This document shows, piece after piece, positions 1 to 8,797 of a stretch of DNA of 64,000 bases. The stretch is taken from contig PUNG01000009.1 in the NCBI GenBank assembly GCA_003551675.1, positions 937-64,936 of the forward strand, written 5' to 3'. The DNA is from Thermoplasmata archaeon (lineage in GTDB: Archaea; Thermoplasmatota; Thermoplasmata; Halarchaeoplasmatales; Halarchaeoplasmataceae). A program made the position numbers and the translations under genes. The notes below the pieces were generated by a model. The model saw only the letters and a list, made by a program, of their open reading frames with translations. It was not told the DNA's origin and made no database searches. The first letter of the stretch is position 1; each line of letters begins with the position of its first letter.

Positions 1-8
1 TTGTGGAT

Positions 9-40
9 GACGCAACGCAATTACAAATAAGTTGCGTCTT
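9..40 (+). other. perfect 8-bp hairpin (GACGCAAC...GTTGCGTC) spanning a TAA stop of a truncated upstream ORF
   Basis: This was read directly from the sequence. Possible 3'-end structure. Confidence 0.25.
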
Positions 41-206
41 CCACTATAAACCCCTCTTTCTTATTATGAGGAGTATCGGCCGATATGTATAAATATTTTA
101 TCGGGACGCAAAAGTTAGGTTCTACAGAGCACTCTCGACGATTTTATCATTCGCGGTCAGCTTAGAGATCGTATCTGAAATCAGGCTGGAAATTGTTATA
201 ATAGGA

Positions 207-279
207 TGCGGGCGCCGGGATTTGAACCCGGGTTATAGCCTTGGCAAGGCTAGGTGATACCAAACTACACCACGCCCGC
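207..279 (-). tRNA. tRNA-Gly (anticodon GCC)
   Basis: The reverse complement reads GCGGGCGTGGTGTAGTTTGGTATCACCTAGCCTTGCCAAGGCTATAACCCGGGTTCAAATCCCGGCGCCCGCA. It has a 7-bp acceptor stem, a GTTCAAATC T-loop, and an anticodon loop TTGCCAA (GCC). Confidence 0.9.
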
Positions 280-410
280 AGCAAGAACCGGATGATGCTT
301 TACGCGATTACAGATATCAAATTGAGTTATAAACGTTTTGGATTATCGGGATGAAATTTTACCGTTTCCGGCGAAAGATTTATAACGTAATTCGAAGACC
401 CTTATTTTAA

Positions 411-728
411 ATGAGGAGACAAAAAAAAGCAAAACTCAGAAGGATAGCCAGAAAACGGATCAATGTCCTTTTTAAAGAGGCGGAGGAAGCCGCATCGAAG
501 GGAGAGCTAGAAAGAGCTAATAGATACGTAGAACTGGCTAGAAAGCTGGGTATGAGACACAACGTATCGCTCCCCTCCGAATTTAAGAGGAGGGTCTGCA
601 AGAATTGTTATTCTTATCTTTACCCCTCTAAGAGTTGCAGCATCAGATTGAAAAAAGGATCGTTAGTGAGTAAATGTTTTGAATGTAGGAGCATAAACAG
701 GTATGTTTATGAAAGGAATTCAAAGTAA
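411..728 (+). CDS. rnp4: RNase P protein subunit Rpp21/Rpr2 (Zn-ribbon)
   Basis: The N-terminal basic RRIARKRI...LF...A motif and C-terminal CxxC...CxxC are typical of Rpr2/Rpp21. A TATA-like tttataac lies about 30 nt upstream. Confidence 0.7.
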   Translation: MRRQKKAKLRRIARKRINVLFKEAEEAASKGELERANRYVELARKLGMRHNVSLPSEFKRRVCKNCYSYLYPSKSCSIRLKKGSLVSKCFECRSINRYVYERNSK

Positions 729-736
729 GTGATAGT

Positions 737-991
737 ATGGATATAGAAAAGGCCAAAAAAGAAGGACAGGATTTGAAGGCGACGCTGCACATAGGAAAAG
801 AAGGTATCACCGAGTCTTTGATAGACGAATTGGATAAACAGATGGAAAAGCGCGGCTTGGTGAAGATCCAAGTCAACAGGAACGACCCCCGTCAAAATAC
901 GGAGGAAACCGCAGAAGAACTAGAAAAGTTATCTATAGGTGAACTTGTAGAAGTAAGGGGTAAGACCGTACTTATGTTTTATCAGCAGTGA
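737..991 (+). CDS. CRM-domain / YhbY-like RNA-binding protein
   Basis: The 84-aa product has a LHIGKEGITESLIDELDKQMEKRGLVKIQV motif matching CRS1/YhbY. Confidence 0.6.
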   Translation: MDIEKAKKEGQDLKATLHIGKEGITESLIDELDKQMEKRGLVKIQVNRNDPRQNTEETAEELEKLSIGELVEVRGKTVLMFYQQ

Positions 992-999
992 TCTTTCGT

Positions 1000-2025
1000 T
1001 TATCTCTTTTTCACTTCGAGGTCGTAGGCCATCTGCACCTGTGTAGAGGAATAGGTCCGCACCTTTCTTTCCTCTTGGACTCGAACTTCGAATCCATCCC
1101 TCTTTATCCTTTCCAATAATCCCCGCAGTCTCTCTTTCCTCTCACTCTCTTCAACTATTTCATAATAGTGGATGGTGCCTTGATCTTTCAATGCTTCGAG
1201 TGCCGAATGGATGAATTTTTCAGAAGAGTGTGGAAGGTTCATGATGATCCTGTCGCATTTTATTTTAGGAGCAACATCTCTAGCGTCCGCTTCGTAGATA
1301 GTAACTGTATCTTCAAGGTTGTTTCTTTCAACATTTTTTTTAAGGTACTCGACGGCATCAGGATTCAGGTCTACTGAGTAGATGTGTTCAACAGGTGCAT
1401 CCCTCCCTATGAGTACAGTATAGGGACCGGCACCTGCGAACATATCAAAGAGCACCTCTTTTTTCCTTACCTTTTTTACTACTCTCCACCTTTCCGTGGC
1501 CAACCGAGGAGAGAAGTAAACCTCGCTGACGTCCACTTCGAACTCAGCACCGTACTCCCTGTGTACGGTCACGGTCTTTTTATCTCCTGCTACGTGCCTC
1601 ACGTCTCTGACCCTGAATTCTCCCTGAACACCTTGATCTTTCAAAACAGTAACCAGATTTTTGTGTATATTCAGTATGGCTTCTCCGATTTCTCGTTCGT
1701 ACTTTTCAACTTCATCGGGTATCTTTATCAGGGCTATGTCTCCTATGATGTCATAGCTGGAGGGGAGGTACTTTTTTAGATGTTCGGGTAGGTCTACCAA
1801 CAGGGTATAGTCACTCTCTAACGTTTCCCTCTTCTCCACGTTTTTTTCCACGAGCTCATAACCTGACTCTTCGAACCGTCTAGGCGGGGGTTTTTTCAAA
1901 GGTAAAAACAAAAACCGTCCATCTTCTGAAGACTCGATCTTACCCTTTCGGAAGAGCAGGTCTTCTTCCAAAAGCTTATTTCTCACCTTCTCTCCTTCCT
2001 GTTTCGGAACTTTAAGGCAAAGCAT
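1000..2025 (-). CDS. trm5: tRNA (m1G37) methyltransferase Trm5
   Basis: It contains the class I SAM methyltransferase motifs DMFAGAGPY and NLP, and a FSPRLATER motif. Confidence 0.75.
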   Translation of the reverse strand: MLCLKVPKQEGEKVRNKLLEEDLLFRKGKIESSEDGRFLFLPLKKPPPRRFEESGYELVEKNVEKRETLESDYTLLVDLPEHLKKYLPSSYDIIGDIALIKIPDEVEKYEREIGEAILNIHKNLVTVLKDQGVQGEFRVRDVRHVAGDKKTVTVHREYGAEFEVDVSEVYFSPRLATERWRVVKKVRKKEVLFDMFAGAGPYTVLIGRDAPVEHIYSVDLNPDAVEYLKKNVERNNLEDTVTIYEADARDVAPKIKCDRIIMNLPHSSEKFIHSALEALKDQGTIHYYEIVEESERKERLRGLLERIKRDGFEVRVQEERKVRTYSSTQVQMAYDLEVKKR

Positions 2026-2041
2026 CTAAGAGGTAATATGC

Positions 2042-2839
2042 ATGGGAGAATTAATATTCATCGGTTTAGGCCTGTACGACGAAAAGGACATAAGCGTTAA
2101 AGGTCTCGAAGCTGCTAAAAAGGCGGACGTAGTTCACTCTGAATTTTATACTAGTGATTTGGCAGGTAGTACTCTTCAAGATATAGAAGATATGATCGGG
2201 AACGAAATAAAGATACTGAAACGGGAGGAGGTGGAGAGTAAAGCTTTACCCCTTGAAGAGGCCCTTGCCGGTAAAAGAGTAGCGTTCCTTACCGCCGGAG
2301 ACCCTATGGCTGCCACCACACACGTAGACTTGAGGTTGAGAGCCGTGGAAAAAGGCGTCCCAACTACCATGATCCATTCCTCGTCCATATTCTCGGCGGT
2401 GCCTTCTTTATTAGGTGTGCAGCACTACAAATTTGGCAGGACCGTAACTCTTCCCTACTCGCAGGATGATAGAGAGTACCCCGTCAGTCCTTATAAAAAT
2501 ATAAAAGAGAATAAGGAGAGAGGACTTCACACCCTGGTACTGTTAGATATCAACTCGGAAGAAAAAAAGTATATGAGCGTAAACGAAGGCATCGAAGCTT
2601 TGATTTTATTAGAAAAAAGATTGGGCGAAGATATTGTCGTAGAGGACACGTTATTTGCAGGTTTAGCTAGAGTGGGTTCCTCCGATCCTGAAGTGAAAGC
2701 AGGATATCCAAAAGAGTTGATGGAACACGATTTCGGCACTGGACTTCACTGTATGGTGCTCTTTGGAGAATTACACTTCATGGAGATCGATTCGCTTATC
2801 AATCTAGCGGACGCACCTAAAGAGATCAGAGAAGGATGA
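2042..2839 (+). CDS. dph5: diphthine synthase
   Basis: The N-terminus LIFIGLGLYDEKDISVKGLE is characteristic of Dph5/DphB tetrapyrrole-methylase-fold enzymes. Confidence 0.8.
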   Translation: MGELIFIGLGLYDEKDISVKGLEAAKKADVVHSEFYTSDLAGSTLQDIEDMIGNEIKILKREEVESKALPLEEALAGKRVAFLTAGDPMAATTHVDLRLRAVEKGVPTTMIHSSSIFSAVPSLLGVQHYKFGRTVTLPYSQDDREYPVSPYKNIKENKERGLHTLVLLDINSEEKKYMSVNEGIEALILLEKRLGEDIVVEDTLFAGLARVGSSDPEVKAGYPKELMEHDFGTGLHCMVLFGELHFMEIDSLINLADAPKEIREG

Positions 2840-2873
2840 TCGGATAGATGATGGGAATAAATTTATAAGTGAA

Positions 2874-3458
2874 ATGCGTAAACAGGAATCCATGCTCGAC
2901 AAAAGCTCTTTGGTAACGATAAAATTGTTGCTCTTGCTTTTTGTAAGTGTAAATTTAGTTTTTATGGGCTCAGCGGACGCTGTTTTTCTGGATGAAGAAA
3001 GTTTAGTTAAAAATCATGACATCATGTACTTCTCAACCGACGATGATGTACAAGACCAGGAAGAGAACGGGGCCGAAAATTTGACTTTTAAGGCGGTACC
3101 GAGGGATGGCGAGGTCGAACTGTATTGGTGGCTTTCCGATAATAAGAGTGAAAGGATGTCAGTAGCTTACTACAATATCACCAAAGACGGCAAATTTTTG
3201 ACACAAATAGAAGATACTAGTTATATAGATAAAGATGTAGAAAATGGCGTCGAGTACACTTACCAAGTCAAGGCCGTAGGTGAATTAGAGCATGGCGGAT
3301 ACAGAGAAAACATCACGCTACTATCGGAAGAGGTCACCGCCACGCCAGAAAGTTATTGGTGGATATGGATTGCCCTGCCCATAAATGCATCGGCCCTAGT
3401 TTTTGTGATCTATTATGTGGGAAAAAATAAAGAAGACTTCTTTTTCGGTAAGGATTGA
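2874..3458 (+). CDS. small secreted/membrane-anchored protein with FN3-like domain
   Basis: It has an N-terminal signal/TM segment, an FN3-like Y.Y.V.A pattern (YTYQVKAV), several N-x-S/T sequons and a C-terminal TM helix. Confidence 0.5.
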   Translation: MRKQESMLDKSSLVTIKLLLLLFVSVNLVFMGSADAVFLDEESLVKNHDIMYFSTDDDVQDQEENGAENLTFKAVPRDGEVELYWWLSDNKSERMSVAYYNITKDGKFLTQIEDTSYIDKDVENGVEYTYQVKAVGELEHGGYRENITLLSEEVTATPESYWWIWIALPINASALVFVIYYVGKNKEDFFFGKD

Positions 3459-3529
3459 TATGATCGGAGTTAACACGCCCACGGTGACAATTTTAATATA
3501 GGTAATTTATTTAGGATTTAACGTTCAAG

Positions 3530-5008
3530 ATGAAACAGAAATCCATCTATGATTCCATAAAACAAAAGATGGGACGTCCATCTAAAGAAGAGATATTAGA
3601 AGGAGACACTCTTCCTGTTTTATTCAAACTAGCATGGCCCATGATGATCGCTTCGTTGCTACAAACCGCACACAATCTCATCGATACCATATGGTTAGGA
3701 AGATTACCATCTCCTGAAAATACACTTTCCGTGGGTGCTATCAGCGTAGCTTGGCCTTTTGTATTTCTACTATTGTCCGTCGAGATAGGGTTGGGGATAG
3801 CCGGTATAGCCATGATATCTCAACATACGGGGGCAAAAAAATACGAAGAGGCATACCATGATACGGGACAACTTTTTGCTATGTTTTTAGTGTTATCTAC
3901 GGTATTGGGCATTTTAGGTTATTTCATCGCAGAAGATTTCCTTAATATGTTGACACAGGAAGGAGATCTAGTACCTTATGCCACGGCTTATCTCCAGATA
4001 ATATTCTTAGGCTTTCCGTTATTGATGATCATCGCAGCCTTTAGTTTCTCCCTGAGAGCTTGGGGCGATACGATAACGCCCATGTGGGTCATGGGCATCG
4101 CTGTGATCATAAACATAGTTCTTGATCCTATTTTCATATTCGGTTTTGGTCCTATAGAGGGCATGGGCATAAGAGGTGCAGCCCTTGCCACTGTCATCGC
4201 CCGAGGAGTAGGAACCGCCATCGCTGTTTATCTTTTATATTCACATAAAGTAGATATAAAACTGAAACTTTGGCATCTCAAACCCGATCTAAATAAGATA
4301 AAGAAATTTCTCAGGATCGGTATCCCTGCAACTCTAGCTAGGATGGAGGAATCTTTCGGTTTTGTTTTACTCACGGGTCTTCTAGCGATGCTTCCTATGC
4401 AGGAGCAGATACTTGCCGCATATGGTATAGGTGGCAGGATCATCAACATCACTTTCATATTCTTAAGTGGGATGATGATGGCCGTCAGTACCATGGTGGG
4501 CCAGGCATTGGGGGCGGACAAAAAAGAGAGGGCCGTGACGGTCACGAATAAAGCGATGCTCGTGTCGATACTTTTTATGTCTATTGTATCTATGATTTTG
4601 GTGGTATTCAGGTACCCCATAATGAGGTTCTTTATAGTGGATGAGCCATTGGTGGTAGAGATAGGAGCGCGATTTTTGGCCATACTTGCCATAGGAGGTC
4701 CTTTCTTCGCCATCTATGAAAGTGTGACTGGTGCTTTGAACGGCTCTGGTCATGCTGGACAGCAATTTGGTCTGAGCCTACTGAGATTGTGGGGACTTAG
4801 GATACCTATGATCTTGATACTAGCGTTCGCTTTTGCAATGAACTCTACAGGGGCTTGGTTGGCTATAGGCTTCAGTAATGTGATCACGGGTATAGTCTCT
4901 TATTGGTTATACAAGAAAGGTTGGTGGAAAGAGAAGGTGATCGATAAGGAGCCGCCGAGTCTCGATAAGTTGAAGAAGAGGTTTAAAAGAAGATTTGCAA
5001 AAGGTTAA
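3530..5008 (+). CDS. MATE family efflux transporter
   Basis: The ~490-aa product has 12 predicted TM helices and a MATE-like N-terminal DTIWLGRL motif. Confidence 0.7.
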   Translation: MKQKSIYDSIKQKMGRPSKEEILEGDTLPVLFKLAWPMMIASLLQTAHNLIDTIWLGRLPSPENTLSVGAISVAWPFVFLLLSVEIGLGIAGIAMISQHTGAKKYEEAYHDTGQLFAMFLVLSTVLGILGYFIAEDFLNMLTQEGDLVPYATAYLQIIFLGFPLLMIIAAFSFSLRAWGDTITPMWVMGIAVIINIVLDPIFIFGFGPIEGMGIRGAALATVIARGVGTAIAVYLLYSHKVDIKLKLWHLKPDLNKIKKFLRIGIPATLARMEESFGFVLLTGLLAMLPMQEQILAAYGIGGRIINITFIFLSGMMMAVSTMVGQALGADKKERAVTVTNKAMLVSILFMSIVSMILVVFRYPIMRFFIVDEPLVVEIGARFLAILAIGGPFFAIYESVTGALNGSGHAGQQFGLSLLRLWGLRIPMILILAFAFAMNSTGAWLAIGFSNVITGIVSYWLYKKGWWKEKVIDKEPPSLDKLKKRFKRRFAKG

Positions 5009-5179
5009 ACGGCCCATTGAAAGACCTTTTGGCAAAGCAAATTTTATATAATGTGTTATCATCTAACCATCCCAATGAGCTGGGTTGTTAGTACCGAGGA
5101 GATCACGATCATCATAATTAGAGAGTGATCATTCATCCGCCCAGCGTTAGGTTTTTTGTTATTTTTGGAGGATGTTTGT

Positions 5180-8100
5180 ATGAGTGAAAATGGTGGACAA
5201 TTCGAACCGATAGAAAAAGACGCTCCCTTACCGGAGAAGGAAAAGGAGATAATAGAGTTCTGGAAAGAAAAGGATATACCGAGTAAAAGTAGGGACAGGG
5301 AGAGAGATAAAAAATTCGGCTTCACAGAGGGTCCTCCTACAGCGAATGGTTTACCCCATATAGGTCATGTTTTGACCAGATTGGTGAAAGATACCTTTTT
5401 GCGCTACAAGACCATGGACGGGTACCAAGTCGTACCGAACATAGCGGGATGGGACACCCATGGGTTACCCGTAGAGATCGAAGTCGAAAAGGAACTAGGT
5501 ATAGATTCCAAGGACGAGATAGAGGAGTACGGCTTAGAAAAATTCAACGAGATGTGCAAAGAGAGTGTTTTCCGGTATGAAAAAGATTGGAGGAAGATGA
5601 GTGAGAGGTTAGGGTTTTGGATAGATTACGACAACGCGTATATAACCATGGACGATAACTACATAGAGAGTGTTTGGTGGAGTTTGAAACAGCACTGGAA
5701 TAATGGGCTGCTTGAAAAGGGGCACAAAGTTGTACCTTACTGCCCGAGGTGTGGAACACCGTTGTCGAGCCACGAGGTCGCCCAAGGATATTCTCAGGTC
5801 GAGGACCCATCCATATACGTCAGATTCAAGATCAAGGACGAGGACGCTTACTTTTTGGCTTGGACTACAACGCCGTGGACGCTCATATCCAACCTTTTAC
5901 TCACTGTTGGCGAGGATATCGATTATGCTTTGGTGGAATATGAAGGTGACAAGTATTACCTTGCTGAAAGATTGGTCGAGGACGTATTCCAGAGTGCAGA
6001 GGTTCTCAAAAAGCTCAAGGGTAAAGAACTGTTAGGTAAGGAGTACGAGCCCATGTTCAGCTATGTAGACTCTGAAAGTGAAAGTCATTATGTTTGTTCG
6101 TCGGATTTTGTTACACTTGAAGAAGGAACAGGCATAGTGCACATAGCTCCTGCGTTCGGTGAAGAAGACTATGATCTATGTATGGAGGAAAACATCGATC
6201 TGGTAAATCCAGTAGACGAGAGTGGAAAGTTTACAGAAGAGGTTACCGATTATGCAGGACATTTCGTAAAAGAGGCGGACGAGCAGATAATGGTTGATTT
6301 AGAAGAAAGGGGCGATCTGATCAAAAGGAGTACTGTAACTCATACCTATCCTTTCTGTTGGAGATGTGATTCACCTCTATTATATTACGCTCTTGAAGGT
6401 TGGTTCATCCGGACTTCTTGGGAGAAACAAAGATTGAAAGATAATAACGAAGAGATATTCTGGAAGCCAGAACATCTCAAGCATGGACGGTTCGGTAACT
6501 TTTTGGATGATCTTAAGGATTGGTCTTTAAGTCGTAACAGGTTTTGGGGTACCCCTCTTCCTATATGGCTTTGTGAGAATGGACATGAACACTGTGTAGG
6601 CAGTAGAGAGGAGTTGGCCGAGATGGCCGTAGAACCTTTACCGGATGATTTTGAGTTTCACCGTCCCTTCGTCGACAGGGTCAAGCTAGACTGCCCTGGA
6701 TGTGATGGGACCATGGAAAGAGTAGAGTACGTTATAGACTGCTGGTATGACAGCGGCAGTGCCCCCTTTGCACAATTCCACTATCCCTTTGAGAATGAAG
6801 ATAAATTTGAAGAGGCTTTTCCCATAGACTTCATAACCGAAGCGTTGGACCAAACAAGAGGATGGTTCTACAGTCTTTTAGCCATAAGCTCTTTGCTCTA
6901 CGACGAGCCTGCCTACAAGAGCTGTTTGACTCTTGGTCTTGTGCTCAACGAAGATGGAGAAAAGATGAGTAAAAGTAAAGGAAATGTGGTGGAACCAGAC
7001 GTTGTGTTCGAAGAAGTGGGTTCCGATGCCACTAGATTGTGCTTTTTGGACTCGCCTCTTTGGAGGTCCTCACCTTTTAGTCAGAACCTAGCCGAAGAGA
7101 AGATAAAGAAGACGATAAATACTCTTTTTAACGTGGTCACTTTCTTTACCAGCAACGCTAATATAGACGCTTTCACTCCCAACCCGGACTATGAGATAGA
7201 TCAGGAGATAGATAGATGGTTGCTCTCCAAAGTGAACTCATCGACTGTGGAAATTAGAGATGCCATGGATGACCTCGAAGTTCATAGAGCGATCAGAGAG
7301 CTAGAAAGCTTCATAGATAGCTTGTCGAACTGGTATCTAAGAAGGAGCAGGAGAAGGTTTTGGGAAGGTACTGAGGAGGAAAAGGAAAGTGCCTACAATA
7401 CTCTTTACTACTCACTCAAAACTCTAGTCAAGTTGATGGCACCATTCACGCCCTTCATCACCGAAAGGATCTACCGTAAAACGATACTACCTGTAGATGG
7501 TGGAGAAGAGTCCGTGCATCTGTTGGAGTATCCTGAAGTAGATCATAACAGAGTGGATAAGGAACTCGAAGAGAATATGGATATGGTCATAGATATAGCG
7601 GAATTGGGAAGAAAGGCTAGACAGAAGGAGGATATAAAGTTGAGACAGCCTTTGAGAGAGGCCGTTGTTGTTCACGGAGAAAAAGAGACAGAAAGAGCGG
7701 TAGACACATTTGAAGACATACTAAAAGATGAATTGAACGTCAAGGAGTTGAAAGTCTTAAAAAACGCGGACCGATTGACTACGTACAAGGTGGAGCCGAA
7801 CTACTCTTCTTTAGGTCCTAAATTCAAAGGTGATGCGGAGAGAGTCGCCGAAGCGATAAAAAAAGCGGACCCCGTCCAGTTGAAAGAAAGTATGGACGAG
7901 AAGGGTAAGGCGCATATAGAAGACCACGAGCTCGACGAAGAAGATGTAAAGATATCCGAAGTGGTAAAAGAACGATATCTTAAAAGCGAAAAGAAAGGCT
8001 TGGAGGTTTACATCGACTCAGAGATAAGCGAAGACCTTAAAACAGAAGGTTTGGTAAGAGACGTCGTGAGAAGGATACAGACCATGCGAAAAGACCTGGA

Positions 8101-8326
8101 TCTTGGCTATACTCAGAAGATCGATACCTACTATCGAGGCGACGAAAAGTTAGAAAGAGCGGTGGTAGAGCTACACGACTATATCAAAAAAGAAACCCTC
8201 TCCGAGAGCTTAGAGAAAGGCAGCGGTTCAGGCATGGACAAGGAATGGGATATCGACGGTAGAAACATCACCATAACCGTAGATCCTATTGATGATCAAG
8301 GAGACGAACCATTAAATACAAATTAG
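5180..8326 (+). CDS. ileS: isoleucyl-tRNA synthetase
   Basis: It carries the HIGH-type motif PHIGH and KMSKS, plus zinc-binding Cys pairs. The first ATG is at 5180, preceded by ggagg; the track starts at an upstream TTG. Confidence 0.9.
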   Translation: MSENGGQFEPIEKDAPLPEKEKEIIEFWKEKDIPSKSRDRERDKKFGFTEGPPTANGLPHIGHVLTRLVKDTFLRYKTMDGYQVVPNIAGWDTHGLPVEIEVEKELGIDSKDEIEEYGLEKFNEMCKESVFRYEKDWRKMSERLGFWIDYDNAYITMDDNYIESVWWSLKQHWNNGLLEKGHKVVPYCPRCGTPLSSHEVAQGYSQVEDPSIYVRFKIKDEDAYFLAWTTTPWTLISNLLLTVGEDIDYALVEYEGDKYYLAERLVEDVFQSAEVLKKLKGKELLGKEYEPMFSYVDSESESHYVCSSDFVTLEEGTGIVHIAPAFGEEDYDLCMEENIDLVNPVDESGKFTEEVTDYAGHFVKEADEQIMVDLEERGDLIKRSTVTHTYPFCWRCDSPLLYYALEGWFIRTSWEKQRLKDNNEEIFWKPEHLKHGRFGNFLDDLKDWSLSRNRFWGTPLPIWLCENGHEHCVGSREELAEMAVEPLPDDFEFHRPFVDRVKLDCPGCDGTMERVEYVIDCWYDSGSAPFAQFHYPFENEDKFEEAFPIDFITEALDQTRGWFYSLLAISSLLYDEPAYKSCLTLGLVLNEDGEKMSKSKGNVVEPDVVFEEVGSDATRLCFLDSPLWRSSPFSQNLAEEKIKKTINTLFNVVTFFTSNANIDAFTPNPDYEIDQEIDRWLLSKVNSSTVEIRDAMDDLEVHRAIRELESFIDSLSNWYLRRSRRRFWEGTEEEKESAYNTLYYSLKTLVKLMAPFTPFITERIYRKTILPVDGGEESVHLLEYPEVDHNRVDKELEENMDMVIDIAELGRKARQKEDIKLRQPLREAVVVHGEKETERAVDTFEDILKDELNVKELKVLKNADRLTTYKVEPNYSSLGPKFKGDAERVAEAIKKADPVQLKESMDEKGKAHIEDHELDEEDVKISEVVKERYLKSEKKGLEVYIDSEISEDLKTEGLVRDVVRRIQTMRKDLDLGYTQKIDTYYRGDEKLERAVVELHDYIKKETLSESLEKGSGSGMDKEWDIDGRNITITVDPIDDQGDEPLNTN

Positions 8327-8350
8327 TAGTTGACTATAGAAGGAAATATC

Positions 8351-8779
8351 ATGGCTCGTAAAAAAGAAGAAAAAAAGATGGAAGTTACGAAACACAACAG
8401 CACGATCAGGTTCAAAGAAGACGTAGAATACAAAGATCTTCTCCCGGTATTCCCTGATCTTTATCTTTTGTTCATGGAGTTGTCGGATCAGATACCCGAC
8501 GAAGGTGGAGATGAATTCATGCACATGGTCATAGACCAGAATATCAAAGACCTGCGTAAAAACCGAAAGCCACCTGGACATAACCGTGAAGCACGGTACA
8601 GGATGATATTTCCTATCGGTCGCGATAACGTTGAATTTATCCTCTATCCAAGGATAGCAGAAGAGGAATCCGAGATCGAAGCTATCACTGCTAAGATATC
8701 GGAGTTTTTAGACGAAAATGAACTAGAGCACGAGATAATCTGGGATCAGATGGAATATCTCATGGAAGAAAAAGATTGA
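8351..8779 (+). CDS. hypothetical protein
   Basis: It has no motifs I recognise. The start is moved to the first ATG, because the track begins at TTG 8330. Confidence 0.4.
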   Translation: MARKKEEKKMEVTKHNSTIRFKEDVEYKDLLPVFPDLYLLFMELSDQIPDEGGDEFMHMVIDQNIKDLRKNRKPPGHNREARYRMIFPIGRDNVEFILYPRIAEEESEIEAITAKISEFLDENELEHEIIWDQMEYLMEEKD

Positions 8780-8797
8780 TGGAAGCAAAACTCGGTT

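Noticed and set aside
407-895. Antisense ORFs 407-601(-), 643-876(-), 707-895(-)
   Set aside because: They are antisense to the well-supported Rpp21 and YhbY-like genes and have low-complexity composition.
3547-4765. Antisense ORFs within the MATE transporter gene
   Set aside because: This is typical antisense noise opposite a TM-rich gene, with no independent support.
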